Source: an uncultured Chloroflexia bacterium (GTDB taxonomy: Bacteria > Chloroflexota > Limnocylindria > Limnocylindrales > CSP1-4). From it: a DNA stretch of 64,000 nt. The position numbers and the translations under genes were made by a program. The notes beneath the pieces were generated by a model. It was not told where the DNA came from, searched no databases, and saw only the letters and a program-made list of their open reading frames with translations. The DNA is taken from positions 32,001 through 96,000 of the forward strand of contig CAVVJT010000007.1 of NCBI GenBank assembly GCA_963748625.1, read 5' to 3'. This document shows, piece by piece, positions 10,063 through 19,539 of this stretch. Every line of letters begins with the position of its first letter. Position 1 is the stretch's first letter.

Positions 10063-10133
10063 AAACCACGTCTCAGGGCCACGTGGGCCGATCCCCATCT
10101 CCGGGGGGCCAGCTGGAAGGCCCGTTCGGCGAC

Positions 10134-12040
10134 TCAGGCCTCCGCCAGCACCACCACCTTGTCGGCCGTGCCGAAGCGTGATCCGCGCGTCGCGACCCGG
10201 GTTGAGGACCACGCCGTACGATGCGGCGGCGTCCGTGGCTCCGGCCGCCAGCCGGTAGCCAAGGGCGACCTCGCCGCGACCCTGCGCCGCAGCCTGGAGC
10301 GTCGCGAAGGACACCTCCCGCCCGGCCTGCACGTAGGCCGACGCGTCCCGCATGTACACCTCGGCGCCGTCCGCGTCGAAGAGGTCGCGGAACACGTCGG
10401 CGAGCTCGGGGGTCTCGGCGATCTGCGCCAGCAGCAGCGACAGCACACGCGCAGCTGACGATGAAGTCGTCGGCCTGGGCGACCTCGGCCAGCTCGCGGT
10501 TCCGCTCGTCGAGCATCTCGGACACGATGGAGAAGCTGCGTCCGCACTGCGAGCCGATGTCGCGCAGGTGGAGCAGCGTGAGCAGGATCCGGGCGTCGGC
10601 GATGTCGGGATCGCGGTCGTCGGCCTCGCACAGCACGATGACGTGGTTGAACGACTGGATGTCGAGCGCGTCGAGGACGGCGCGGTTGGTCGTGTTCGCC
10701 ATGCGACCGGTGAGCGCTGATGTTGCGCGAGGCCCGTGACCTCGCCCGCCTCGGGCAGGACCCGGTCGAGGCCGGAGACGGCGAGGACCTCGGAGCCGGG
10801 CGCCACGTAGGCATCGAGCTCGCGGATCACGGCTGCGGCGTGCCGGTTCCAGCCGATGCACCAGGGTGCGCTCCGGGAGCCGGCGTGACGGACACGGGCG
10901 CGACGATGGCGTCGGCCTCCACGGCTCCTGCGGCAGCGGCCACGCGCTCGGAACCATGGTCCTCCGCCAGCAGCACGAGCGCGTCCTCGGGACCGATCAC
11001 CCGGTCGGGCGGCGGACACAGCGTGCGCCTCCCCGTCACGGACGATCCCGGCCGGGATGGCGCCCGTGACCCGCTCGACCGCCTCGCCGAAGGTCCGCCC
11101 GGCCAGCTCCGGGATCCGTGCCACGTGGAGCTCGTGGCCGCTGAAGTCGAGCAGCTCGAGGTACACCGCGGACAGGCCGGACTGGCGGCAGGTCTGGGCG
11201 ACGATGCGGGACACCAGCTCGTCGGCGAGCAGCAGGTGGACCTCTGCGCCGGCGATGAGCTTGGCGATGCCCGCGCTCGCCTGGTCCTTCACCTCGGCCA
11301 CGATCCGGTACGGCTCGGGTCGCCGGTCGACGCGACCGGTGAGCGCGAGGATCGTCTTGAGCACGTTCACGTCGGGATCGTCGCCGTCGCGACTGGAGCA
11401 CGACGATCGCACGTGCCTCGTCGGGGTTGCCGATCCGCAGATCGGACAGCGAGGTGGGCCGGCCCGAGCGGCAGACGATGCGCACACGGCGCGGGATCGG
11501 TCACCCGCTCGCGGATCGCCTCCTCCATCTCGATCCGGTCCTGGTCGGCCAGCACCACGATCGTCGTGCGCCGCCGGCTCACGCCCGCCTCGATCAGCTC
11601 CGCGATGACCGGGAAGATCTGCTGGCTCCAGCCGAGGATCAGCACGTGGTCACGCTCCAGCACCCGGGAGCGACCCTTGCGCAGCTCGGCCAGCTTGTCG
11701 CTGATGCCGTTGCTCAGGATGCCGATGAGGGTGCTGATGATGAAGATGCCGGTGAGGGTGACCGCGAGCATGCCGAACCGGAACTGCGGCGCGCCCGTCG
11801 TCGCCGCCCATGGTCCCGGGATCCAGGGTGCGCATCAGCGACATCCAGAGCAGCTGCGGGATCGACGTTGCCCTCGTCGCCGCGCACGATCACCAGGACG
11901 ACTGACGATCGCGACGATCAGCAGCACCGAGATGACGGCCAGCCCCAGGATCAGCGCGAACGGTGCCGCGCTCCATGAAGCGGTCGAAGCGGTAGCTCAG
12001 GCGCTCGCGCGAGCCCGGGGGCGGAAGCGTGTCGATCCAT
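10134..12040 (-). CDS. CASTOR/POLLUX(DMI1)-like cation channel with RCK domains (multiple frameshifts)
   Basis: Fragments: YRFDRFMERG, WMSLMRTLDPGTMGGD (pore), LRKGRSRVLERDHVLILGW, QTCRQSGLSAVYLELLDFSGHE, DARILLTLLHLRDI, DLFDADGAEVYMR, VALGYR, VVLNP. Confidence 0.8.
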
Positions 12041-12055
12041 GGCGCGGAGTATTGC

Positions 12056-12640
12056 CTCAGCCGGTCGTGGCCGCGAGCGGCCGAATGGGCAGGTCAGGCC
12101 GTCCGGACGCGCACCAGCGGCGGCGAGCCGGGCGTCAGCACGTCGGAGCGGGCGCAGCGGCGGCGCGCGTCCGCCAGCCCCAGGTCACAGTCCAGAAGAC
12201 GAACCCGAGGCCGAGGCCGTCGTCGCATCCAGCGGGGAGGTCTGCGGACGAGAGGCCGACGGGGTCCGGCACCCGAGGCTGCGCCGATCGGGCCGCGGGC
12301 CGATGCCGCGCAGCAGGTCCGCGAGGCCGATGCCGCGCCGCACGATCCGCCACAGGCAGACGTGGAGCGGCGCCTCGACCAGGACGACCACGTCGGCGCG
12401 GGCCAGGCGCCCGGCCCAGCCCGCCCGGGAGAGGTAGCCGCCGTCGAGCACCCAGGCGTCGCCAGCGATCGCGGCGGCGTGGCGGGCATCGAAGTCGGCG
12501 GCCGGCACCGGCCTCCAGCCGGACGCCCATGCGAGCGGGTCGAGGTGCACCACCGGCAGCCCGAGCGCCGCGCCGAGCGCCAGCGCGACCGTCGTCTTGC
12601 CCGCCCCCGCTCGTCCGATGACAGCGATCCGGCGTGGCAT
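12056..12640 (-). CDS. P-loop nucleotide kinase, FlaR/topology modulation protein-like (frameshifted 3' part)
   Basis: RIAVIGRAGAGKTT, LPVVHLDPLAW, WVLDGGY. The family C-terminal motif DLPAGCDDGL..FVFW lies in another frame; 3' end approximate. Confidence 0.65.
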
Positions 12641-12854
12641 GCACGAGGCGCCGCGGCTGCCCTCGTCCATACCGTCGTGCGCGTCGGGCAATAGCTCAAC
12701 CCTGGCCGGTCGCGCGGATGCTCCGCACGCACCACGACGGCCTCCTGGTCGCGCCTCAAGGCCTGATTCGCGTCGCGCAGGTGCTCCAGCGGCAACGCGG
12801 CGACACGCCGTGACCCATCTATTGCTCCGTGCGCACGCGCCGCCAACTGCCACC

Positions 12855-12902
12855 TTGACAACCTTAGATGCGTCATGCATAACTGCAGCATACATCTAAG
12901 GT
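12855..12902 (+). promoter_or_regulatory. Sigma70-type promoter with overlapping palindromic operator (candidate NrtR sites)
   Basis: TTGACA (12855-60), 17 bp, CATAAC (12878-83). Perfect inverted repeat accttagatg (12861-70) / catctaaggt (12893-902). Confidence 0.75.
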
Positions 12903-12938
12903 CGACCGGCGACCTGGACGCCCGGGAAGGACCCACAC

Positions 12939-13661
12939 GTGGACATCGACGAGCAGGCCTACCTCGCATCCTATGACGCCAGCCGCTACGCACGGCCATC
13001 GGTCACCGTGGACGTCGTGCTCCTGACGGTCGAGGACGGCGATGTCCGCGTCCTGCTGACCCGCCGCGCGGACCAGCCGTACAAGCACCACTGGTCGCTG
13101 GTGGGCACCTTCCTCGACGTGGATGAGACGCTCGATGCGACTGCCGCCCGTGCCCTCCACGCGAAGGCCGGCCTCGAGGACGTCTTCGTCGAGCAGCTCT
13201 ACACCTTCGGCGACCTGGGCCGGGACCCGCGCACCCGGGTGCTGAGCGTCGCGTACTACGCCCTCGTGGAGCCCGCACGCCTGCAGGCCGCCGTCCAGGC
13301 GCGCGGCGGGACCCACCTGCGCCTCGCAACGGTCGCCGGCGAGGTCGCCGTGGACGTGGACGGCACGCCCCTGGCCCTCCCCTTCGACCACGCGGAGATC
13401 CTCGCGGCGGCCATCCGCCGGATTCGCGGCAAGCTCGGCTACTCCAACATCGGCTTCGAGCTGCTGGGCGAGGCATTCACCCTGCGTGACCTGCGCCTGG
13501 TCTACGAGGCACTCCTGGGCCACGCCCTCAACAAGGACTCGTTCCGCAGGACCGTGCTGGCACGCGACGTCGTCGAGCCCACCGGCGAGGTCCTCACGGG
13601 TGTGGGCCATCGCCCCCCGGCGCTCTACCGCTTCCGCCCGCGCCAGACCCGGGAGGTGTGA
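12939..13661 (+). CDS. nrtR: NrtR-family Nudix-related transcriptional regulator
   Basis: YARPSVTVDVVLL, EQLYTFGDLGRDPR, LPFDHAEIL, and C-terminal wHTH FTLRDLRLVYEALLG..NKDSFRR..HRPPALYRF. The Nudix box is degenerate. Confidence 0.9.
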   Translation: MDIDEQAYLASYDASRYARPSVTVDVVLLTVEDGDVRVLLTRRADQPYKHHWSLVGTFLDVDETLDATAARALHAKAGLEDVFVEQLYTFGDLGRDPRTRVLSVAYYALVEPARLQAAVQARGGTHLRLATVAGEVAVDVDGTPLALPFDHAEILAAAIRRIRGKLGYSNIGFELLGEAFTLRDLRLVYEALLGHALNKDSFRRTVLARDVVEPTGEVLTGVGHRPPALYRFRPRQTREV

Positions 13662-13662
13662 C

Positions 13663-14304
13663 GTGACCTCGATCGACCTCTCCTTCCTCCTTCCCTGGCT
13701 GGAGCCGGCAGCCGTCCTGACCGGGATCGCCTGCGTGGCGCTCACCGTGCGCCAGCGCATCGCGAACTGGCCCGTCGGCATCGTGTCGTCCGCGCTGTTC
13801 GCCACGCTGTTCCTGGGCGTCGGGCTCTACGCCGACTCGCTGCTGCAGCTGGTCTACATCGGCCTGGGCCTCTATGGCTGGTGGTACTGGCTGCACGGGG
13901 GCCTGAAGGGCGACGAGCTGCCGGTGACCTTCGCCTCGACGCGGCTGCGCGTGGGCATGGCGGTGGTGGTGCTGGGGGCGATCGCCGGCGTGGGCACGTT
14001 CCTCGCCACGGTGACGGACTCGACGCTCCCCTACCCGGACGCCGCCACGATGGTGCTCAGCCTGGCCGCCCAGGTCCTGCTCACGCGCAAGCACATCGAG
14101 ACCTGGCCTGTCTGGATCTTCGGGGTGAACCTGCCGTACATCGCGATCTACCTCTACAAGGGGCTCGCGCTGACGGCCGGCCTGCAGCTGGTCTTCATCG
14201 CCCTCTCCGTGGCGGGCTGGATCGCCTGGCGGCGGTCGATGCGCACGACGGCGGCTCCAGCCGCTACCCGGGCGCCGACCGCGGTGCTGCCGGAGGTGGC
14301 GTGA
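13663..14304 (+). CDS. pnuC: Nicotinamide riboside transporter PnuC
   Basis: IANWPVGIVS, LYADSLLQLVY, YGWWYW, PYPDA, RKHIETWPVW. Confidence 0.9.
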   Translation: MTSIDLSFLLPWLEPAAVLTGIACVALTVRQRIANWPVGIVSSALFATLFLGVGLYADSLLQLVYIGLGLYGWWYWLHGGLKGDELPVTFASTRLRVGMAVVVLGAIAGVGTFLATVTDSTLPYPDAATMVLSLAAQVLLTRKHIETWPVWIFGVNLPYIAIYLYKGLALTAGLQLVFIALSVAGWIAWRRSMRTTAAPAATRAPTAVLPEVA

Positions 14305-15308
14305 TGACCACCGCGCTCGTCCTGGGCAAGTTCCTGCCGCCCCACGCGGGACACGCCCACCTGGCCGAACAGGCCCGCGGGATGGCCGACGAGGTGGTCG
14401 TGGCGCTCCTGGCCAACTCGCACGAGCCCATCCCGGTGGAGATGCGCCATCGCTGGCTCACGGAGATGCTGCCCTGGGCAGACGTCCGGTCCGGCGTGGC
14501 CGACCACCGCGTGGACTACGCCGATCCGGCCGCGTACGACACCTGGGCGGCGACCATCCGCGAGGTGACCGGGCGCGACCGCTTCGACCTCCTGCTGACC
14601 TCGGAGCCGGCCTACGGCGACGAGACGGCGGCCCGCCTTGGCGCGCGCCATGTCCTGGTGGACCCGGCGCGGGCGGCCGTGCCCGTGTCGGCGACGGCCA
14701 TCCGCAAGGACCCGTACGCGAACTGGCAGTTCCTGGTGCCGGGCGTCCGCGCCTACTACGCCAGGCGCGTCTGCCTGCTGGGCGCGGAGTCCACGGGCAC
14801 CACGACGATGACCCGGCTCCTGGCCGAGGTCTACGGGACCACCTGGGTGCCCGAGTTCGGGCGCGAGTACAGCCTGCCCAAGGACCTCGCGGGCGACACC
14901 TGGACCACGGCCGACTTCGAGCACATCGCCCGCGAGCAGCAACGCCTCGAAGACGAGGCTGCCCGCACCTGCGACCGAATCCTCTTCTGCGACACCGACG
15001 CGCTGGCCACCGCCATCTGGCACGAGCAGTACCTGGGCGAGCCCGCGCCGTCGGTGATGGAGATCGCCCGCGCCCGTACCTACGACCTGACCTTCCTGAC
15101 AGCCGCGGACGTCCCATGGGTACAGGACGGGACCCGCAACTCCGACGCCGCCCGCCAGTGGATGCAGCGCCGGTTCGAGGCGGAGCTGGCCCTTCGACCC
15201 GAGCCGGTGGTGGAGCTCAAGGGGTCGATCGACCAACGGCTCGGGACCGCGCTCGAGGCCATCGAGCACCACCTGGGGCTCCGGCCCCACGCCAGTCAGA
15301 GGGGGTAG
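14304..15308 (+). CDS. nadR: NadR-like NMN adenylyltransferase / ribosylnicotinamide kinase (no N-terminal HTH)
   Basis: GKFLPPHAGH (HxGH), VSATAIR, GAESTGTTT (variant Walker A), VPEFGREY, FCDTD, PWVQDGTR. TGATG coupling to pnuC. Confidence 0.85.
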   Translation: MTTALVLGKFLPPHAGHAHLAEQARGMADEVVVALLANSHEPIPVEMRHRWLTEMLPWADVRSGVADHRVDYADPAAYDTWAATIREVTGRDRFDLLLTSEPAYGDETAARLGARHVLVDPARAAVPVSATAIRKDPYANWQFLVPGVRAYYARRVCLLGAESTGTTTMTRLLAEVYGTTWVPEFGREYSLPKDLAGDTWTTADFEHIAREQQRLEDEAARTCDRILFCDTDALATAIWHEQYLGEPAPSVMEIARARTYDLTFLTAADVPWVQDGTRNSDAARQWMQRRFEAELALRPEPVVELKGSIDQRLGTALEAIEHHLGLRPHASQRG

Positions 15309-15312
15309 CACC

Positions 15313-16812
15313 ATGCGGAACGAGAAGACCGACCGGGAGATCCTGGCGGGCAGACTCGCCGGCGCCGTCTGGGGCCATCTCGTGGGGGACGCCACCGGCG
15401 TGCCGTACGAGTTCGGGCCCGCCATCGCACCCGAAGCCGTCGAGTTCCGCGGCCACGGGACGTACGACAAGCCCGCCGGGACGTGGAGTGACGACGGGGC
15501 GCTGATGCTGGCGCTGCTCGACGTGCTCCTGCCCCAGGGCGACGCGCCGGGCGAGGTCGGCCGACCCACATTCGACCTGGACCGCCAAGCGGCGAACGCA
15601 CTGGCCTGGATCGACACGGGCGCCTTCACGCCCGACGGGATCGTGTTCGACATCGGCGGCACCACCTCGGCGGCGCTGTCGAACCTGCGCCGGGGTGTCC
15701 CGCCCGCCGAGGCCGGGCCTGCCGGTGACCGTGCCGGCGGCAACGGGTCGCTGATGCGGATCCTGCCGCTGGGCCTCGTGTTCCACGATGCGTCGCCCGC
15801 TGCGCTCATCGGGATGGCCACGCTGGCGTCGCGGGTGACCCACGGGCATCCGCGCTGCCAGGTCGCGTGCGCCGTCTACACCCTGGTGGTCGCGGACCTC
15901 CTTCGGGGCATCGATCCCGCAGAAGCCCTTCCGTCCGCGTTCGCCCACTGCGAGCGCGAGTTCCACGAGGAGGGCGAGCACGATCTCCTCGTCGCCCTCG
16001 AGGAGCTGCAGGCCTACCCGAAGCGCACCGGGAGCGGCTACGTCCTCGACGCGTTCTGGTCGGCGTGGAAGGCGTTCTCCACGTCCGCGTCGTACGAGGA
16101 GTCCATTCGCAAGGCCATCGCCTACGGCAAGGACACGGACACGACTGCCGCGATCGCCGGCGGGCTTGCGGGCGCCTGCTGGGGCTGGGACGCCATCCCT
16201 AGACCGTGGCTGCGTGGCATGCGCGGCCACAAGGTGGCACAGCCACTCGTGGACCGCCTGGTCCGGTCGGCGACCGGGGCGAAGACTTCGTCGTCCAACC
16301 CGCTCCGCGTGGACTCGATGGGCGAGCCGTGGCCCAACCTTGGGATCACCTTCCTGCCGGGCAAGAAGCTCGACGGCTACACCGGCCTCCACCACCGCGA
16401 CCTGCCCGCCGACATCGCGCGGCTGGAGGCCCTCGGGGTCGACATCCTCGTCGAGCACGTCGAGGCCTTCGAGCTGGTGCGCTCTGGCGTCCCGGACTTC
16501 GAGGAGGCGTTGGCGGCCAGCACGGTTGTGCTCGTGCGCTACCCCATCGTCGACCTCAAGGCCCCGCCGGACCTGCCGTCCTACCGGGCGCTCGTCCGCG
16601 AGATCGCAGGCTGGGTGCGGGAGGGGCGCTCGGTCGCCGTGGCGTGTCGGGGCGGCCTGGACCGCTCGGGCATGACGACGGCCTGCGTCCTGGTCGACCT
16701 TGGCATGGATCCCGAGGCCGCCATCGACCGTGTCCACGCCGGGCGGCACCAGTCCCTCAGTATGCGTGAGGAGCAGGACGTGGTCCGCAGCTGGACGCGC
16801 ACCACGGTCTAG
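15313..16812 (+). CDS. ADP-ribosylglycohydrolase fused to a C-terminal CDKN3/dual-specificity phosphatase domain
   Basis: VGDATGVPYEF, WSDDG, GNGSLMR, DTDTTAAIAGGLAG; then TSSSNPLRVD, GITFLPGKK, RDLPADI and the CX5R loop ACRGGLDRSG. Confidence 0.85.
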   Translation: MRNEKTDREILAGRLAGAVWGHLVGDATGVPYEFGPAIAPEAVEFRGHGTYDKPAGTWSDDGALMLALLDVLLPQGDAPGEVGRPTFDLDRQAANALAWIDTGAFTPDGIVFDIGGTTSAALSNLRRGVPPAEAGPAGDRAGGNGSLMRILPLGLVFHDASPAALIGMATLASRVTHGHPRCQVACAVYTLVVADLLRGIDPAEALPSAFAHCEREFHEEGEHDLLVALEELQAYPKRTGSGYVLDAFWSAWKAFSTSASYEESIRKAIAYGKDTDTTAAIAGGLAGACWGWDAIPRPWLRGMRGHKVAQPLVDRLVRSATGAKTSSSNPLRVDSMGEPWPNLGITFLPGKKLDGYTGLHHRDLPADIARLEALGVDILVEHVEAFELVRSGVPDFEEALAASTVVLVRYPIVDLKAPPDLPSYRALVREIAGWVREGRSVAVACRGGLDRSGMTTACVLVDLGMDPEAAIDRVHAGRHQSLSMREEQDVVRSWTRTTV

Positions 16813-17202
16813 TGTCTCGTGCCGCCAATGGCTGGCGGATACCCCTGCGTGCCCGTGCCGCTGGTCGGAAGCGGCATCACCGGGCGTCTCCCACGACGGC
16901 TGCTGCCGTGCGCACCCGGCGCGCACACGGAGCGGTGACGTCGCGGGATGTGCGCCCCGTGCTCCGCCCGTGCGCTCCGCCAGGGTCCCGATGGCACGAC
17001 CTGCGCACCAGCCGCGCATCGAGCGCTGCCGCCGCACCGTGTGATCGTCTGGCGCACAGCCGGAGGGCGCTCACCGTGCGTTGCCACAAGCATGCAGGCC
17101 GTCCGGCACCGGTCTGCATGCTCCGGCGATGGGATCCGAGACTCTGCCGGGGGACCATGGGACCTGCGAGCGACCCAGTCGTCGCCGCGCCCCGAGGTTC
17201 CC

Positions 17203-17787
17203 ATGACGCTCCCGCTCCCGACCACCCGCACCGTGGCCCCGCCGTTCCCCGAGGCCCCGGTCATCGACCGGATGACCGGGGATGGCCGCGCCGCGCTGCT
17301 GGGCCTGGCCTGGGCCGCGTGGTACAGCTCCCGCTCCGATGCCGCCCGGCACGCCCTGGCCGATATCGACGCCAACGACCCCCTGCTCGTCGCCCGTGCG
17401 GCCGGTGTGACCACAGAGGCCATCCTCAAGCTGCTGCGTCTCCGCCGTGTGACCGCGGGCGATCCCGAGACCAGGGCGCTGGTTGACGGGCTCCTCGGTG
17501 GTGCACCCGTCCTCCACCCGCCCGTGCCCCTGCGCGAGGTGATGGAGGCCACGGACGATGACCGGCGTCGCATGCTCGCCCGCGCACGCTCGGAGCTCGC
17601 GCTGCTGCCGCGGGAGGACGTCGACGTGATCGCTGGGGTGGTCGCCTACCTCGTCGGCACGGAGGTGGACTATGCGAAGGCAAGCGTCCGCGAGGCGCCC
17701 GGCGCCCGCGGCTACACGCGATCGGTGCTCCAGGCGCTCGGCCTCCCGATCCATTCCTACATGCCGCGGCTGAGGAGCTGGCTCTAG
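17203..17787 (+). CDS. Hypothetical protein (194 aa)
   Basis: GAGG RBS before ATG; GC3-rich codon usage like neighbouring genes; no recognised motif. Confidence 0.6.
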   Translation: MTLPLPTTRTVAPPFPEAPVIDRMTGDGRAALLGLAWAAWYSSRSDAARHALADIDANDPLLVARAAGVTTEAILKLLRLRRVTAGDPETRALVDGLLGGAPVLHPPVPLREVMEATDDDRRRMLARARSELALLPREDVDVIAGVVAYLVGTEVDYAKASVREAPGARGYTRSVLQALGLPIHSYMPRLRSWL

Positions 17788-17893
17788 GGGCCACGCCGGC
17801 AGCCACGGCCAACGGCGGCACGTCCCTCCGCCGCCGACGCACCTCCGCTCCACCGCCCCGCTGTCACGTCCCGACGGCGGGGCGGTTCACCGT

Positions 17894-17977
17894 GGGGGTC
17901 CAGCAGGCGATGTCGGGGTCCAACTGCGCGACATCCGGGGCCAGCGGCCTGGCATTCGGGGCCAACAGCGCGACGGC
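17894..17977. repeat. Four degenerate ~21-bp direct repeats upstream of the PucR regulator
   Basis: ggggtccagcaggcgatgtc / ggggtccaactgcgcgacatcc / ggggccagcggcctggcattc / ggggccaacagcgcgacgg. Confidence 0.55.
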
Positions 17978-18065
17978 CGACACGGCATGATGGCGGCAAC
18001 CACCGTGGCCGGGAACGGGCAGGGAGCCGTTGCCGTTGCCACCGTGGTGCAACGAGGGGCACTCG

Positions 18066-19463
18066 ATGACACTTCCCGGGACGGACTGGCGCGCGGCGGT
18101 CGGTCGTGTGATCGGCGATCACGACGCGTTCGCCGCGGAGCTCGCAGCTCACCTCGAGGAACCGCTCGATGACCTGCGCGCCACGGTCCGGCTCTGGCTC
18201 CTGCTGCACAGCCTGCCGGCCACCATCCCGGAGGTCGAGGCCGCCACGGATCGCCTGCGCCGCCGCGCGTCGGAGCCGCAGCGCATCCGCCCGGAGCTGC
18301 TGGCGGCCAGCACCCTCGACGAGCTGTACGCACGGACGCTGGCCGAGCTGGAGGACCGGCCGTTCGACCCGGAGCTCGTGGTGGCGGTCCAGCAGACTGC
18401 CGGCGCGATCGCTGCCCGGACCGGACCCCGCCTGGTGCTGTTCCTCATCCGGCTCGCGTACGGGCGCCGGGCCATCTGGGAACGCTGCGTTGCGGAAGTG
18501 GAGGCGGGCAGGCTCGACCAGGCCATCCTCCACGAGCTCGGCCACTGGCTCCTGGTGTGGACCGAGATGACCTCGCTGGCGGTCACCGAGGGCTTCCGCG
18601 CCGCCGAGCGTGACATCCTCGCGCGTGACGCGGAGGCCCGCCGGGCCGCCCTCGACGAGCTGCTCGGGGTCATCACCGCAGACCCGCTGGGCTTCGCACG
18701 GACCCGCCGGGTGGCATCGCGCTTCGGGCTGGACCCGGACCGCACGTACCGCCTCGCGGTGGTGGCGCCCGGCCCCGACGCGGACCCCACGCCCCGGACG
18801 CCGGGCCTCGACCCCGCCGATCTCGAGCTCCTCGCGGGCCGCTTGGGCCACCTGCTCGGTGCGACGTCGTCGGCGGCGGAAGGGGCGGGATCTGGAATCC
18901 GGCTGCCCACCGTGCTGGCGATGCGCGGCCGGATCGTCGTGCTTGCAGCGGACGACGGCGCCGCGCTGCGCCGCCTGCCCGAGAGCATCGGGCAGGTGCT
19001 GGGCGCCGATGCCGGTGGTCGGGCCGCGCCATCGTGGCTGGCCATCGGATCCGCGCCAGTGGACGGGGTGGGTCCGCTCGCGGGCGTGCTGCTCGACCTG
19101 CTCGACGCCATCCGCACGGCCGACCTCATCGGCCGGCGGGGCTGGATCGCGGATCCCGAGGCGCTGGCCGTGGAGCGCCTGCTGCTCGCCAGCCGGGAGC
19201 TGGGCGCGGCGGCGGTGGAGCACGAGCTGGGCCCGCTGCTCGCCGACGAGCGCCTGGGCGAGGAGCTGGTGGAGACGCTCCAGGTCTACTTCGACTCCGG
19301 CGAGAACATGCGCGAGACCGCGCGGCGCCTGCACCTGGCCAACCGCACGGTCGCGTACCGGCTCGAGCGAATCGAATCGCTGCTCGGCGGGCCGTTCGAC
19401 GATGACCTGCGGCGTCGCCTCTCGGTCGCGCTCCTGGTGCGCAGGCTCGGCCCGACGAGGTAG
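18066..19463 (+). CDS. PucR/CdaR family transcriptional regulator
   Basis: C-terminal LVETLQVYFDSGENMRETARRLHLANRTVAYRLERIESLLG; central GGDEF-like region. Confidence 0.88.
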   Translation: MTLPGTDWRAAVGRVIGDHDAFAAELAAHLEEPLDDLRATVRLWLLLHSLPATIPEVEAATDRLRRRASEPQRIRPELLAASTLDELYARTLAELEDRPFDPELVVAVQQTAGAIAARTGPRLVLFLIRLAYGRRAIWERCVAEVEAGRLDQAILHELGHWLLVWTEMTSLAVTEGFRAAERDILARDAEARRAALDELLGVITADPLGFARTRRVASRFGLDPDRTYRLAVVAPGPDADPTPRTPGLDPADLELLAGRLGHLLGATSSAAEGAGSGIRLPTVLAMRGRIVVLAADDGAALRRLPESIGQVLGADAGGRAAPSWLAIGSAPVDGVGPLAGVLLDLLDAIRTADLIGRRGWIADPEALAVERLLLASRELGAAAVEHELGPLLADERLGEELVETLQVYFDSGENMRETARRLHLANRTVAYRLERIESLLGGPFDDDLRRRLSVALLVRRLGPTR

Positions 19464-19539
19464 GTGCGCGTCCCTGGTGCGCGCGGACGGCACGGGTTCG
19501 CTACCGTTCCACGATCGCGCGTCGGAGTTGGAGGGATCG

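Noticed and set aside
3137-10082. Long overlapping ORFs (e.g. 3137-5449, 5204-7732, 7838-10069)
   Set aside because: Arg/Pro/Gly-rich antisense or off-frame shadows of real genes, expected at this GC content.
10134-12040. Calling the channel and the NCS1 permease pseudogenes
   Set aside because: Motifs are intact and the lesions I saw are small indels, so sequencing error is more likely; unresolved without reads.
16810-16832. CTAGTGTCTCGTGCC as a possible IS/MITE end
   Set aside because: No matching inverted copy with a target duplication was found nearby.
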